From Flavobacteriales bacterium (lineage in GTDB: Bacteria; Bacteroidota; Bacteroidia; Flavobacteriales; Flavobacteriaceae): a stretch of DNA of 64,000 bases. The position numbers and the translations under genes are program-made. The notes under the pieces were generated by a model. The model saw only the letters and a program-made list of their open reading frames with translations, did not search any database and had not been told where the DNA came from. Positions 43,391-54,227 of the stretch are shown in pieces; position 1 is the stretch's first letter, and every line of letters begins with the position of its first letter. The stretch spans positions 20,354 to 84,353 of the forward strand of contig JADHRQ010000003.1 in NCBI GenBank assembly GCA_016777325.1, read 5' to 3'.

Positions 43391-45256
43391 ATGCCAAAAG
43401 GAAAAATTAATGTTTCAGTTGAAAATATATTTCCACTTATAAAAAAATTCTTATATAGTGATCAAGAAATATTTCTAAGAGAACTTGTATCAAATGCTAC
43501 AGATGCTGTTACTAAGATTCAACATTTATCAAGTATTGGTGAAATTAAAGGGGAAATTGGTGAACTAGGAGTTGACATTAAAGTTGACAAGAAAAAGAAA
43601 ACTCTTCACATTACTGATAATGGAGTTGGAATGACCTTAGATGAAGTTAAAAAATATATTAATGATGTTGCATTTTCTGGTGCTGAAGAGTTTCTTGAAA
43701 AATATAAAGAAAGTTCAAAAGACACAGGAATTATAGGTCATTTTGGTCTTGGTTTCTACTCTTCATTTATGGTTGCTGATAAAGTGGAAATAATTACTAA
43801 ATCTTTTAAAGATGAACCTGCTGCTCATTGGATTTGTGATGGTTCTCCAGAATACAGTTTAAAAAAAGCAGATAAAAAAGAAAGAGGAACTGAAATTATT
43901 CTTCATATTTCTAAAGACTCTAAGGATTATCTAGAAGAAAATAAAATTACAGAGCTTTTAAACAAGTATAACAAGTTTATGCCACATCCAATTAAATTTG
44001 GTACAAGGGAAGAAAGTGTTCCCGTAAAAGAAGGTGAAAAGGAAGAAAAAATAACTGTAGATAACATTATAAACAATCCTAATCCGGCATGGACAAGACA
44101 ACCAGCAGATTTAAAAGATGAAGACTATAAACAGTTTTACAGAGAGCTTTATCCATACCAATTTGAAGAACCACTATTTCACATTCACCTTAATGTTGAC
44201 TATCCATTTAGTTTAACAGGTATTCTTTATTTTCCTAAAATATCAAATGATCTCAACCTGCAAAAAGATAGAATTCAATTATATCAGAATCAAGTGTTTG
44301 TTACTGATAATGTTGAAGGAATTGTCCCTGAGTTCCTGGGTCTTCTTAAAGGTGTTATAGATTCTCCTGATATACCTCTAAATGTTTCCAGAAGTTACCT
44401 TCAATCAGATTCATCTGTAAAGAAAATCACTAACTATATAACAAGAAAAGTAGCTGATAAGCTAGGATCAATTTTTAAAAACGAAAGAGAAAATCTTGAA
44501 AATAAATGGAATGATATAAAAGTGGTTATTGAATATGGAATGCTAACCGAAGATAAGTTCTACGATAAGGCTGAATCATTTAATCTTTACCCTTCAGTTG
44601 ATAACAAGTATTACACTTATCAAGAACTAGAAGAAAAAATTAAAGATATCCATACTGATAAAGAAGGAAATTTGATTATCCTTTACGCTCAAAACAAGGA
44701 TGAGCAATATACTTATATTGAATCTGCAAAAGAGAAAGGATATGAAGTACTCCTTTTAGATTCGCCTATTATTCCTCATTTAATTCAAAAACTTGAATCT
44801 AAAAAAGAGAAAGTTAAATTTTCTAGAGTTGATTCTGATACATTAGAAAACCTAATTACAAAAGATGATCAAGTTGTATCAAAATTATCTGATGAAGAAA
44901 AAGAGAAACTAAAGCCTATGATTGAGAATGCAGTTTCTGATGATAAATATACAGTTCAACTTGAATCATTAGATAGTAAGTCATTACCATTTATGTTAGC
45001 TCAACCTGAATTTATGAGAAGAATGAAAGAAATGCAACAATCAGGTGGTGGTGGAATGGGTAATATGCCCGAAATGTATTCTTTGATAGTAAATACAAAT
45101 CATGAATTAGTCACTAAAATATTAACTACCAGGACAGAAAAAAAGAGAAATAGTCTTATAAAACAATCAGTAGATTTAGCTAAACTTTCTCAAAACGTTC
45201 TTACCGGTAAAGAACTTACAGAATTTATAAATAGGAGTATAGATTTAATCAAATAG
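43391..45256 (+). CDS. htpG: Molecular chaperone HtpG (Hsp90)
   Basis: 621 aa; GHKL ATPase motifs FLRELVSNATDA, DNGVGM and GHFGLGFYS. Confidence 0.96.
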   Translation: MPKGKINVSVENIFPLIKKFLYSDQEIFLRELVSNATDAVTKIQHLSSIGEIKGEIGELGVDIKVDKKKKTLHITDNGVGMTLDEVKKYINDVAFSGAEEFLEKYKESSKDTGIIGHFGLGFYSSFMVADKVEIITKSFKDEPAAHWICDGSPEYSLKKADKKERGTEIILHISKDSKDYLEENKITELLNKYNKFMPHPIKFGTREESVPVKEGEKEEKITVDNIINNPNPAWTRQPADLKDEDYKQFYRELYPYQFEEPLFHIHLNVDYPFSLTGILYFPKISNDLNLQKDRIQLYQNQVFVTDNVEGIVPEFLGLLKGVIDSPDIPLNVSRSYLQSDSSVKKITNYITRKVADKLGSIFKNERENLENKWNDIKVVIEYGMLTEDKFYDKAESFNLYPSVDNKYYTYQELEEKIKDIHTDKEGNLIILYAQNKDEQYTYIESAKEKGYEVLLLDSPIIPHLIQKLESKKEKVKFSRVDSDTLENLITKDDQVVSKLSDEEKEKLKPMIENAVSDDKYTVQLESLDSKSLPFMLAQPEFMRRMKEMQQSGGGGMGNMPEMYSLIVNTNHELVTKILTTRTEKKRNSLIKQSVDLAKLSQNVLTGKELTEFINRSIDLIK

Positions 45257-46045
45257 ATAATTTAATATTTTAGCTAATCTTATACCCGCAATTAGTAATA
45301 GTTCTTTAGTTGTATCAAAGTTTTCATATTGATATTTATAACCTAATTTGTCATCATTTGATACACCTTCATATATTTGATTTGTATATTTATGTACCTC
45401 ATTAATCCAGTCTAAAATATCGCTTCTTTCAAAATTTTTAGACTCTTTTGTAAAAACTAAAAAATCTGTATTTGGTAGATTTAATGCTAACTCTGAGTAA
45501 CTCATATTGTGACCATTAATCATTTCAGAATCCCAGACTCTATGTAAGTTTGAATTTCTTCCAAACCATTTTACAAATATTCTATTAGCACCTCTATCTT
45601 CATATCTACCTAGATGAAGAGGTTGATGAAGATCACCTACAAAGTGAACAAGAAGTTTAAGATAAAATGATTTATCAGAATCTGAAACTAAATCACTTTC
45701 TAAAACATCTAAACATTTGTTTATAGCTATGTAGATATCTCCTTTTTCTGATGGAGCAGTGTTTTCATAAACCTCATCCAATTCCATATTAATAAAATGC
45801 CAATCATAATATTCAGAATATCTTGAATCAGATTTAATATCATCTGCATAGGTTGATGCATTAACTAATGTTTCTCCATCTAGAATTTTAATTATTCTTT
45901 CGTTAGAATTATCTGTCAAATATTTATTTGCAACTTCAGCAACAACTCTGTGACCTGTTGAACCCCATTCTTCAGCAGTATAAAAATTTAAAAATAATAA
46001 TGTTAGGATTAATGACATAAACTTATTTATTAAAACTAGGTCCAA
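45245..46045 (-). CDS. S1/P1-family zinc nuclease (secreted)
   Basis: 266 aa with a signal peptide. Mature N-terminus WGSTGHRVVAEVA, plus HFINM and HFVGDLHQPLH zinc-ligand motifs. Confidence 0.88.
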   Translation of the reverse strand: MDLVLINKFMSLILTLLFLNFYTAEEWGSTGHRVVAEVANKYLTDNSNERIIKILDGETLVNASTYADDIKSDSRYSEYYDWHFINMELDEVYENTAPSEKGDIYIAINKCLDVLESDLVSDSDKSFYLKLLVHFVGDLHQPLHLGRYEDRGANRIFVKWFGRNSNLHRVWDSEMINGHNMSYSELALNLPNTDFLVFTKESKNFERSDILDWINEVHKYTNQIYEGVSNDDKLGYKYQYENFDTTKELLLIAGIRLAKILNYLFD

Positions 46046-46056
46046 TATAATTATAT

Positions 46057-48303
46057 ATGATAAATCTATATAATTTTCTTACTTTTAAATTGCAAAAAAA
46101 TATTTTGAAAAAACCCCCTATTTTTTTATTGTTAGCAATATTAAACTCTAATCTAATTTTTTCTCAAGAATTAACAGTAAAGTATACACAAGAATTAATA
46201 GAAATTGATGGATCTCCCTCTGATTTAGCCTGGAATGATGCTGAGTCATCAACTGATTTTTGGCAATGGATGCCTACTGACTCCGTAAGAGCTGTAAAGC
46301 AAACTGAATTTAAGGCTTTATTTGATAACGAAAACTTATATTTTTTAGTTAAAGCCTATACAAAAGAAAAAAAGTTTACTGTATACAATCTAGAAAGAGA
46401 TTTTGAAACTAAAAGTGCTGATTATGTACAATTAATTTTTGACACTTTTAATGATGCTTCAAATGCTTTTAAATTTCAAACCAATCATCTTGGTTTAAAA
46501 GGAGATATGCTATTATCTTCTGTTAATTCATTTGGTGGTAGAGGAATGAATTCATCTTGGGATGCAATTTGGGAGGTGGAATCAAAATTATATGATGACT
46601 CATATATAGTTGAACTAAAAATACCATTAGACCAACTATATTTTATTAATGGAGCTAAAAGTTGGAGGTTTAATATTTATAGAAGTGATACTCAATCACT
46701 AGAACATTCCAGTTGGGCTAAGACTCCTCAACAACAGAGAATTGGAGATCTTGCATTTATGGGTAAGATTAATTTTGAAAAACCTTTGGGTGAATCAAAA
46801 AAACCTGTTTCCATAATACCCTATATTAATGGCTCAATAGGAAAAGATTTTATTCAACAAATCAATACAAATAATTTTGATTTTGGTCTTGATATGAAAA
46901 TACCTATAGGTAATTCTATAAATATAGACTTCGCTTTAAATCCTGATTTTTCTCAAGTAGAAGTTGATGATCAATTAGTAAACTTGACTCAATTTGAATT
47001 AAGGCTTCCTGAAAGGAGACAATTCTTTACTCAAAATTCTGATCTATTTACTGACTTTGGCCAAGAGAGAGATGCAGAGCCTTTCTTTTCTAGAAGAATT
47101 GGTATTTCAAAAGATCTTGAAGGAAATACTGTCGAAAATAGAATAGTTAGTGGTGTACGGTTAAGTGGAAAGGTAAATGACAAACTTAGAATAGGTTTAC
47201 TAAATGTATTGACAGAAGAAGATAGAACAAAGGGTATTCCTCAAAACAATAGTACAGTCTTTACTCTTAGAAATAAAGTTTTTGCAAGATCAAATTATTC
47301 ATTCTTTTTCATAAATAGAGAAAATACCAAAACTTATGATTTTGTTGATAATCAAAATACTTATAATAGGGTTTTTGGATTAGAATATAATTTAGCTTCA
47401 AAAAATGGAGAATGGAGTGGAAGAACATTCTTTCATAAATCTTTTACACCTGAAAAAAATGATAAAAATGCATCTTTTGGATTAAAATTATCAAAAAACA
47501 CACGTAAACATTATGTTAGCATGGGTGGTTCTTATGTTGGTGATGATTTTAGATCAGATTTAGGTTATTATAGAAGATACGGCTTTGTAAAATTTACCCC
47601 TTTTTATCAGTATAGAATATATCCCAAAAATAATGATAAGATTCTAAATTATGAACTGCAACATTATGCAGCTTATGTTTTTAGACCAAATAAAGCTGAA
47701 AAATTTGAAGGAAGGTGGAATATTTCTTCTTTTGAAATAAAGTATAGAAATCAAAGTACATTTGAGATTAAACAAAACATAAAGAGAGATTATCTATACT
47801 CTAATTTTGACCCAACTAGAACTGAAGGTGCAACGCCTCTTCCTGCAAATAATTTTTATTCTTATACTGATTATGAAATAGCATTTTCTTCACCAGATAA
47901 AAATATTTTTAAATTTGCAACCGGAATACAGTATGGAGATTTTTTTAATGGAACTAAACTCTCATTTAAAACTGGATTTAAATATAGAATTCAGCCTTAT
48001 TTTAATATGAGTTTAAGATTTGATTATGACTCTATTAAATTACCAGACCCATACCCATCTAGAAATATTTGGCTAATTAGCCCTAAGTTTCAATATACAT
48101 TTAATAAAAAATCTTCATGGTCAACATATATTCAATATACTAATCAATCTAAAAACCTAGGTATTAATTCTAGATTTAAATGGAGATTCGCTCCACTTTC
48201 TGATTTATATATTGTTTATAATGATAATTACATAAACACAGATTCTATGGAGCCACAGTATAGATCAATTAATCTTAAATTAACTTATTGGATAAATTTA
48301 TAA
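46057..48303 (+). CDS. CBM9-like / DUF5916-family outer-membrane-associated protein
   Basis: 748 aa with a signal peptide. The N-terminal IEIDGSPSDLAWNDAESSTDFWQWMP module is typical of carbohydrate-binding family-9-like domains. It is followed by a long Tyr/Phe-rich beta region ending in an aromatic residue pattern. Confidence 0.6.
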   Translation: MINLYNFLTFKLQKNILKKPPIFLLLAILNSNLIFSQELTVKYTQELIEIDGSPSDLAWNDAESSTDFWQWMPTDSVRAVKQTEFKALFDNENLYFLVKAYTKEKKFTVYNLERDFETKSADYVQLIFDTFNDASNAFKFQTNHLGLKGDMLLSSVNSFGGRGMNSSWDAIWEVESKLYDDSYIVELKIPLDQLYFINGAKSWRFNIYRSDTQSLEHSSWAKTPQQQRIGDLAFMGKINFEKPLGESKKPVSIIPYINGSIGKDFIQQINTNNFDFGLDMKIPIGNSINIDFALNPDFSQVEVDDQLVNLTQFELRLPERRQFFTQNSDLFTDFGQERDAEPFFSRRIGISKDLEGNTVENRIVSGVRLSGKVNDKLRIGLLNVLTEEDRTKGIPQNNSTVFTLRNKVFARSNYSFFFINRENTKTYDFVDNQNTYNRVFGLEYNLASKNGEWSGRTFFHKSFTPEKNDKNASFGLKLSKNTRKHYVSMGGSYVGDDFRSDLGYYRRYGFVKFTPFYQYRIYPKNNDKILNYELQHYAAYVFRPNKAEKFEGRWNISSFEIKYRNQSTFEIKQNIKRDYLYSNFDPTRTEGATPLPANNFYSYTDYEIAFSSPDKNIFKFATGIQYGDFFNGTKLSFKTGFKYRIQPYFNMSLRFDYDSIKLPDPYPSRNIWLISPKFQYTFNKKSSWSTYIQYTNQSKNLGINSRFKWRFAPLSDLYIVYNDNYINTDSMEPQYRSINLKLTYWINL

Positions 48304-48304
48304 A

Positions 48305-48991
48305 ATGAAAAAAATACTTCTTACTTGTATAACACTATTTATTATTTGCTGTAATTCAGATCAAAATCAAATGATTGTTTCTGGAGATGTTGACGGGCTT
48401 AGAAAAGGAATAATTTATCTTCAAAAAGAGCAAGATTCAACTATAGTTTCTTTAGATTCTATTAAAATAACTGGAAATAGTAATTTCAAGTTAAGTACTA
48501 AAATAGATGAACCTGATATTTATTATTTATACTTAGATAAAAATGATGGCGATTCTCTAAATGATATAATTACTTTTTTTGGAAATAAAGGAGAAGTAGT
48601 AATTAACACTAGATTGCTCACATTTGATTCTGGTTTTAAAATTTCTGGATCAAAGAATAGTGAGCTATTAATTGAATATTTTTCTATAATCAGAAAATAT
48701 AATCTTCAAAATCTTGATTTGCTTGAAATTTTTTACAAAGCTCAAATTGAAAACAATCAAAATAGAATTGACTCAGTGAATGCTCAATTAGAAAATTTAA
48801 TTAAACGAAAATATTTATATAGTTTAAATTTTGCAATAACCAACTCATCAAATGAAGTTTCTCCATACATTGCAGTCAGTCAAATACCTGATGCAAATAA
48901 AGGTTTATTAAGAAAGCTATATGATACTTTACCAGAAAATATTAAGATTTCTAAGTATGGTAAAATTCTTAATAATCTTACTATAGATTAA
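48305..48991 (+). CDS. DUF4369-like lipoprotein
   Basis: Lipoprotein signal MKKILLTCITLFIICC. The segment MIVSGDVDGLRKGIIYLQKEQDSTIVSLDSIKITGNSNFKL...EPDIYYLYL resembles the DUF4369 beta-sandwich. No thioredoxin domain follows. Confidence 0.5.
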   Translation: MKKILLTCITLFIICCNSDQNQMIVSGDVDGLRKGIIYLQKEQDSTIVSLDSIKITGNSNFKLSTKIDEPDIYYLYLDKNDGDSLNDIITFFGNKGEVVINTRLLTFDSGFKISGSKNSELLIEYFSIIRKYNLQNLDLLEIFYKAQIENNQNRIDSVNAQLENLIKRKYLYSLNFAITNSSNEVSPYIAVSQIPDANKGLLRKLYDTLPENIKISKYGKILNNLTID

Positions 48992-49392
48992 CCGCTATAC
49001 TCTACAAAATTTCGAGGAGTTTCAAATAAAGTAATTTTAAGTTTATAGTTTTTAACAAAATACTTAATAAGTCTATTATAAATTAAAATAGCAATATTTT
49101 CAGCTGATGGGTTTAAATTTGAGAATTCCTCAATGTCTAAATTTAAATTTTTATGATCAAGATAATCTTCAATTTCTGATTTTATTATATTCTTTAACTT
49201 GCCCATATCGAAAACATATCCAGTTTCAGGATCAACTTTACCGGTAAGACTAACAATTAATTCGTAGTTATGGCCATGAAAATTTTGATTTGAACACTTA
49301 CCAAAGATTTCTTTATTCTTTTCATCAGTCCAATCAGGCCTGTATAACTTATGAGCTGCATTAAAATGTGCTTTTCTACTTATTGTTATCAT
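48988..49392 (-). CDS. queD: 6-carboxytetrahydropterin synthase / 6-pyruvoyl-tetrahydropterin synthase family
   Basis: 134 aa; FNAAHKL ... FHGHNYEL ... GYVFDMGKLK are the PTPS/QueD catalytic motifs. Confidence 0.88.
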   Translation of the reverse strand: MITISRKAHFNAAHKLYRPDWTDEKNKEIFGKCSNQNFHGHNYELIVSLTGKVDPETGYVFDMGKLKNIIKSEIEDYLDHKNLNLDIEEFSNLNPSAENIAILIYNRLIKYFVKNYKLKITLFETPRNFVEYSG

Positions 49393-49906
49393 TATTTAAA
49401 TATTTATAAAAATAATCAAATGCAATTTTAAACCAAACTGTATAGTTTTGACCATTTAGAGCAATATCATTATTTAGCGTTTCCATATCAATCCACTTAA
49501 AGTCATCTGCCTCTTCAGTATTAATGGTAGGATCTTCATCATAAACACCATAATAAACATGATCAAATTCATTCTCAGTTAATTCATTATCAAGTTCTGC
49601 TTTATAGATAAAATCAAAAATCTTTCTAAGATTAGTTTTAATGCCCATTTCTTCAATTAATCTTCTATTAGCTGCATCTATTGTTTCTTCACCCTCTCTA
49701 GGGTGACTACAGCAAGTATTAGTCCAAAGACCTCCTGAATGATATTTTGATACAGCTCTCTTTTGGAGTAGTAATTGATAATTACTATTAAAGATAAAGA
49801 CAGAAAAGGCTCTATGTAAGATACCCTTTTGATGAGCCTCAAGTTTAGGCATTAAACCAACCTGGGTATCATTTTCATCAACAAGAATTACTTTCTCTTT
49901 TGACAT
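49376..49906 (-). CDS. idi: Isopentenyl-diphosphate delta-isomerase, type 1 (Nudix fold)
   Basis: 176 aa; LHRAFSVFIFN, QKRAVSKYHSGGLWTNTCCSHP and EE/Nudix-box residues. Confidence 0.9.
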   Translation of the reverse strand: MSKEKVILVDENDTQVGLMPKLEAHQKGILHRAFSVFIFNSNYQLLLQKRAVSKYHSGGLWTNTCCSHPREGEETIDAANRRLIEEMGIKTNLRKIFDFIYKAELDNELTENEFDHVYYGVYDEDPTINTEEADDFKWIDMETLNNDIALNGQNYTVWFKIAFDYFYKYLNNDNNK

Positions 49907-49915
49907 TTAGTCAAA

Positions 49916-52900
49916 TTAATAATTTAGCTCTTCTTCTTCTTTATTAATTAATAAGCTGTTATACTCATCTTTAGGTCCAACTATTATTTCATCATATTTT
50001 CTCATACCAGTACCAGCTGGTATTCTATGACCTACAATAACATTTTCTTTAAGACCTTCAAGCATATCATTTTTACCGTTTACTGCAGCTTCATTTAAAA
50101 CTTTAGTAGTTTCTTGGAAAGATGCAGCTGAAATAAATGATTTAGTTTGAAGAGATGCTCTAGTAATACCTTGTAACTGGGTAGAAGCTGTCGCAGATTT
50201 TGCATCTCTAGCATCAACTAGCTTAAGATCTCCTCTTCTAAGTATAGAATTTTCATCTCTAAGATTTCTGGCTGATATAACTTGACCCACTTTAAGATTT
50301 TCACTATCACCAGCATCTTCAATTACTTTCATACCGTATAACTTATCATTTTGAGAAATAAATTCATCTTTATAAGTTAATTGGTCTTCAAGGAATAATG
50401 TGTCTCCTGGATCAATTATTTTAACCTTTCTCATCATCTGTCTAACTACAACTTCGAAGTGTTTATCATTAATTTTAACTCCCTGAAGTCTATATACTTC
50501 TTGAACTTCGTTAACAAGATATTGTTGAACAGCAGAAGGTCCTTTAATATTTAGAATATCGTTAGGAGTGATTGAGCCATCAGAAAGTGGCATCCCTGCT
50601 TTAATAAAATCATTTTCTTGAACAAGAATTTGATTTGAAAGCTTTACTAGATACTTTTTAATGTCACCAAACTTTGACTCAACAATAATTTCTCTATTTC
50701 CTCTTTTAATTTTACCAAAAGATACAACTCCATCAATCTCAGAAACCACTGCTGGATTTGATGGGTTTCTAGCTTCAAACAATTCTGTAACACGAGGTAA
50801 ACCTCCCGTAATATCTCCTGATTTAGCTGACTTTCTAGGGATTTTAACAAGAATTTTTCCTTTATCTATAGATTCGTCTTCATCAACCATTATATGAGCA
50901 CCAACTGGTAAATTATAAGATCTTAGAGTAACACCTTTTTTATCTTGAATAAGAAGTGTTGGTATAAGATTCTTATCTCTAGAATCAGTAATAACTTTTT
51001 CTTTAAATCCAGTTTGCTCATCTATTTCAACTTGAAATGTTTTACCTATCTCAATATTTTCATAAACAATTTTCCCTGAAAATTCAGAAACAATTACACC
51101 ATTAAATGGATCCCATTGACAAATTACATCACCTTTAGATAATTTTTGACCATTCTTGATATTCAAATATGATCCGTAAGGAATATTTTTAGTGCTTAAA
51201 ACATTTTTAGTTTTTGAATCTAAAATTTTAATTTCAGAAGTTCTTGAAATTACAATATTTGAGGATTTACCTTCGTTATCTTTTGCTTTAACAACATTAA
51301 GATCATCAATTTCTGCTAGACCATCAAATCTACTTATTAATGAGTTTTCTTCAGAAATATTACCAGCTACACCTCCAACATGGAATGTTCTAAGTGTCAA
51401 CTGAGTACCTGGCTCACCAATTGATTGAGCGGCAACTACACCTACAGCTTCACCAATTTGAACTGGTTTTCCTGTGGCAAGATTTCTACCATAACAACTA
51501 GCACAAATTCCTCTTTTTGTTTCACATGTTAAAGCAGATCTTACATCAACCGAGGCAATAAGTGTATTTTCAATTTTTGCTGTTGTGTTTTCATCAATAA
51601 GTTTTCCTCCTTCAATAAGGATTTCATTTGTTGAAGGATCAATGATGTCATTAAGAGCAACCCTTCCAAGAATTCTTTCACCAAGAGTTTCTACAACTTC
51701 TTCATTCTTTTTAAGTGGTTTAACTTCAATTCCTCTTAGAGTACCACAGTCAAATTCATTAACAATTACATCTTGAGAAACGTCTACTAGTCTTCTTGTT
51801 AAATATCCAGCATCTGCTGTTTTAAGAGCAGTATCTGCTAGACCTTTTCTTGCTCCGTGAGTTGAAATAAAATACTCTAAAATTGATAATCCTTCTTTAA
51901 AGTTTGATAAGATAGGATTTTCAATAATTTCACCTCCACCTACATTTGATTTTTTTGGTTTAGCCATTAGACCTCTCATTCCAGTTAACTGTCTAATCTG
52001 CTCTTTTGAACCTCTAGCTCCAGAATCAAGCATCATATACACAGAATTAAAACCTTGCTGATCCTCACTAATTTGCTTCATTGCTAACTCAGTTAAAGTA
52101 GCATTTGCTGAAGTCCAAACGTCAATTACCTGGTTATATCTTTCATTATTAGTTATTAGACCCATGTTATAATTACCAATAATACCATCTACCTGATTGT
52201 TAGCATCATTAATAAGATTTTGCTTTTGTTCAGGAATAATTATATCTCCTAAACTAAAAGAAAGACCACCTTTAAAGGCAAAAGAATAACCAAGATCTTT
52301 AATTTCATCAAGGAATTCAGCAGTTTCAGGAACACTAGTTACATGAAGTATTTGCCCAATAATTTCTCTTAAATTCTTTTTTGTAAGGACTTCATTAAAG
52401 AAACCTGCTTTTTTTGGAACTACTTCATTAAAAAATACTCTTCCAGGGGTCGTTTCAATTAACTCGTATGAATCATCTGAGTCAGATGTATTAATTCTAC
52501 ACTTTATAATTGCATTTAAGTCAACTATCTTTTCATTATAAGCTATATTCACCTCTTCGGGAGAATAGAAAGTTAATCCTTCTCCTTTTAATTTAATAGA
52601 TTCAGAGGATTTTCTAGACTTAGTCATGTAATATAGACCTAGAACCATATCTTGAGATGGAACTGTTATCGGTGATCCATTTGCAGGATTCAAAATATTA
52701 TGAGATCCTAACATTAATAGTTGAGCTTCGAGAATAGCCTCTGGTCCTAAAGGAAGGTGAACTGCCATTTGGTCACCGTCAAAGTCAGCATTAAATGCAG
52801 TACAAGTTAATGGGTGAAGCTGAATAGCTTTTCCTTCAATAAGTTTTGGCTGAAATGCTTGAATTCCAAGTCTGTGAAGAGTTGGAGCTCTGTTTAACAT

Positions 52901-54214
52901 AACAGGATGCCCTTTTAAAACATTTTCTAGAATATCCCATACAACAGGTTCTCTTCTATCAATAATCTTTTTAGCAGATTTAACAGTTTTTACAATACCT
53001 CTTTCAATAAGCTTTCTAATAATAAAAGGCTTATATAGCTCAGCTGCCATATCTTTTGGCAGTCCACATTCGTATAGTTTTAATTCTGGACCAACTACAA
53101 TGACAGATCTTGCAGAGTAATCTACTCTTTTCCCAAGAAGATTCTGTCTAAAACGTCCTTGCTTTCCCTTAAGAGAATCTGACAATGATTTTAGAGGTCT
53201 ATTTGATTCTGTTTTAACGGCTGATGATTTTCTTGTATTATCAAATAATGAATCAACAGATTCTTGAAGCATCCTTTTTTCATTTCTCAAAATAACTTCT
53301 GGTGCTTTTATTTCAACTAATCTTTTTAGTCTATTGTTTCTTATTATTACCCTTCTATATAAATCATTAAGATCTGAAGTTGCAAATCTACCTCCATCTA
53401 ATGGTACAAGTGGTCTCAATTCTGGCGGGATAACAGGAATAACTTTTACTACCATCCACTCAGGAAGGTTTTCTTTTCTCTCATTTCCCTCTTTAAAAGA
53501 TTCAACTACTTGAAGTCTTTTAAGAGCCTCTGTTTTTCTTTGTTTTGAAGTTTCAGTATTTGCTTTATGTCTTAATTCGTAAGAAAGTTCTTCAAGATCA
53601 ATTCTAGATAAAAGATCTATCAAACATTCAGCACCCATCTTAGCAATAAATTTTCTTTCATCAGAATCATCTAAATATTGATTATCTGCTGGAAGTGTTT
53701 CCATAATTGAAAGATATTCTTCCTCAGTAAGAAAGTCCATTTTATTAACAGGTTCCCCCTCAGCATTTTTTGCTTCACCTGGCTGAATAACAACATATCT
53801 TTCATAATATATTATCATGTCTAGCTTTTTAGATGGTAAACCTAGAAGATATCCTATCTTGTTTGGCAATGATTTAAAATACCAAATATGGGCAACAGGA
53901 ACAACTAAATTAATATGACCTACTCTATCTCTTCTAACTTTTTTTTCAGTTACTTCAACTCCACATCTATCACATACTATACCCTTATATCTAATTCTCT
54001 TGTATTTACCACAAGCACATTCATAATCTTTTACAGGTCCAAATATCCTTTCACAAAAGAGACCATCCCTTTCAGGTTTATGAGTTCTATAATTAATAGT
54101 TTCTGGCTTGAGAACCTCTCCTCTTGAGTTACCAAGTATTATTTCAGGAGATGAAAGACCAATTGAAATAGTATTAAACCTTTTTTGCGTCAATAATTCG
54201 TTATTTTTTACCAT
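49916..54214 (-). CDS. rpoC: DNA-directed RNA polymerase beta-prime subunit
   Basis: 1432 aa; catalytic [12 protein letters not shown] and an N-terminal zinc-binding CxC...CxxC segment. Confidence 0.99.
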   Translation of the reverse strand: MVKNNELLTQKRFNTISIGLSSPEIILGNSRGEVLKPETINYRTHKPERDGLFCERIFGPVKDYECACGKYKRIRYKGIVCDRCGVEVTEKKVRRDRVGHINLVVPVAHIWYFKSLPNKIGYLLGLPSKKLDMIIYYERYVVIQPGEAKNAEGEPVNKMDFLTEEEYLSIMETLPADNQYLDDSDERKFIAKMGAECLIDLLSRIDLEELSYELRHKANTETSKQRKTEALKRLQVVESFKEGNERKENLPEWMVVKVIPVIPPELRPLVPLDGGRFATSDLNDLYRRVIIRNNRLKRLVEIKAPEVILRNEKRMLQESVDSLFDNTRKSSAVKTESNRPLKSLSDSLKGKQGRFRQNLLGKRVDYSARSVIVVGPELKLYECGLPKDMAAELYKPFIIRKLIERGIVKTVKSAKKIIDRREPVVWDILENVLKGHPVMLNRAPTLHRLGIQAFQPKLIEGKAIQLHPLTCTAFNADFDGDQMAVHLPLGPEAILEAQLLMLGSHNILNPANGSPITVPSQDMVLGLYYMTKSRKSSESIKLKGEGLTFYSPEEVNIAYNEKIVDLNAIIKCRINTSDSDDSYELIETTPGRVFFNEVVPKKAGFFNEVLTKKNLREIIGQILHVTSVPETAEFLDEIKDLGYSFAFKGGLSFSLGDIIIPEQKQNLINDANNQVDGIIGNYNMGLITNNERYNQVIDVWTSANATLTELAMKQISEDQQGFNSVYMMLDSGARGSKEQIRQLTGMRGLMAKPKKSNVGGGEIIENPILSNFKEGLSILEYFISTHGARKGLADTALKTADAGYLTRRLVDVSQDVIVNEFDCGTLRGIEVKPLKKNEEVVETLGERILGRVALNDIIDPSTNEILIEGGKLIDENTTAKIENTLIASVDVRSALTCETKRGICASCYGRNLATGKPVQIGEAVGVVAAQSIGEPGTQLTLRTFHVGGVAGNISEENSLISRFDGLAEIDDLNVVKAKDNEGKSSNIVISRTSEIKILDSKTKNVLSTKNIPYGSYLNIKNGQKLSKGDVICQWDPFNGVIVSEFSGKIVYENIEIGKTFQVEIDEQTGFKEKVITDSRDKNLIPTLLIQDKKGVTLRSYNLPVGAHIMVDEDESIDKGKILVKIPRKSAKSGDITGGLPRVTELFEARNPSNPAVVSEIDGVVSFGKIKRGNREIIVESKFGDIKKYLVKLSNQILVQENDFIKAGMPLSDGSITPNDILNIKGPSAVQQYLVNEVQEVYRLQGVKINDKHFEVVVRQMMRKVKIIDPGDTLFLEDQLTYKDEFISQNDKLYGMKVIEDAGDSENLKVGQVISARNLRDENSILRRGDLKLVDARDAKSATASTQLQGITRASLQTKSFISAASFQETTKVLNEAAVNGKNDMLEGLKENVIVGHRIPAGTGMRKYDEIIVGPKDEYNSLLINKEEEELNY

Positions 54215-54227
54215 TTTTATTTGTAAT

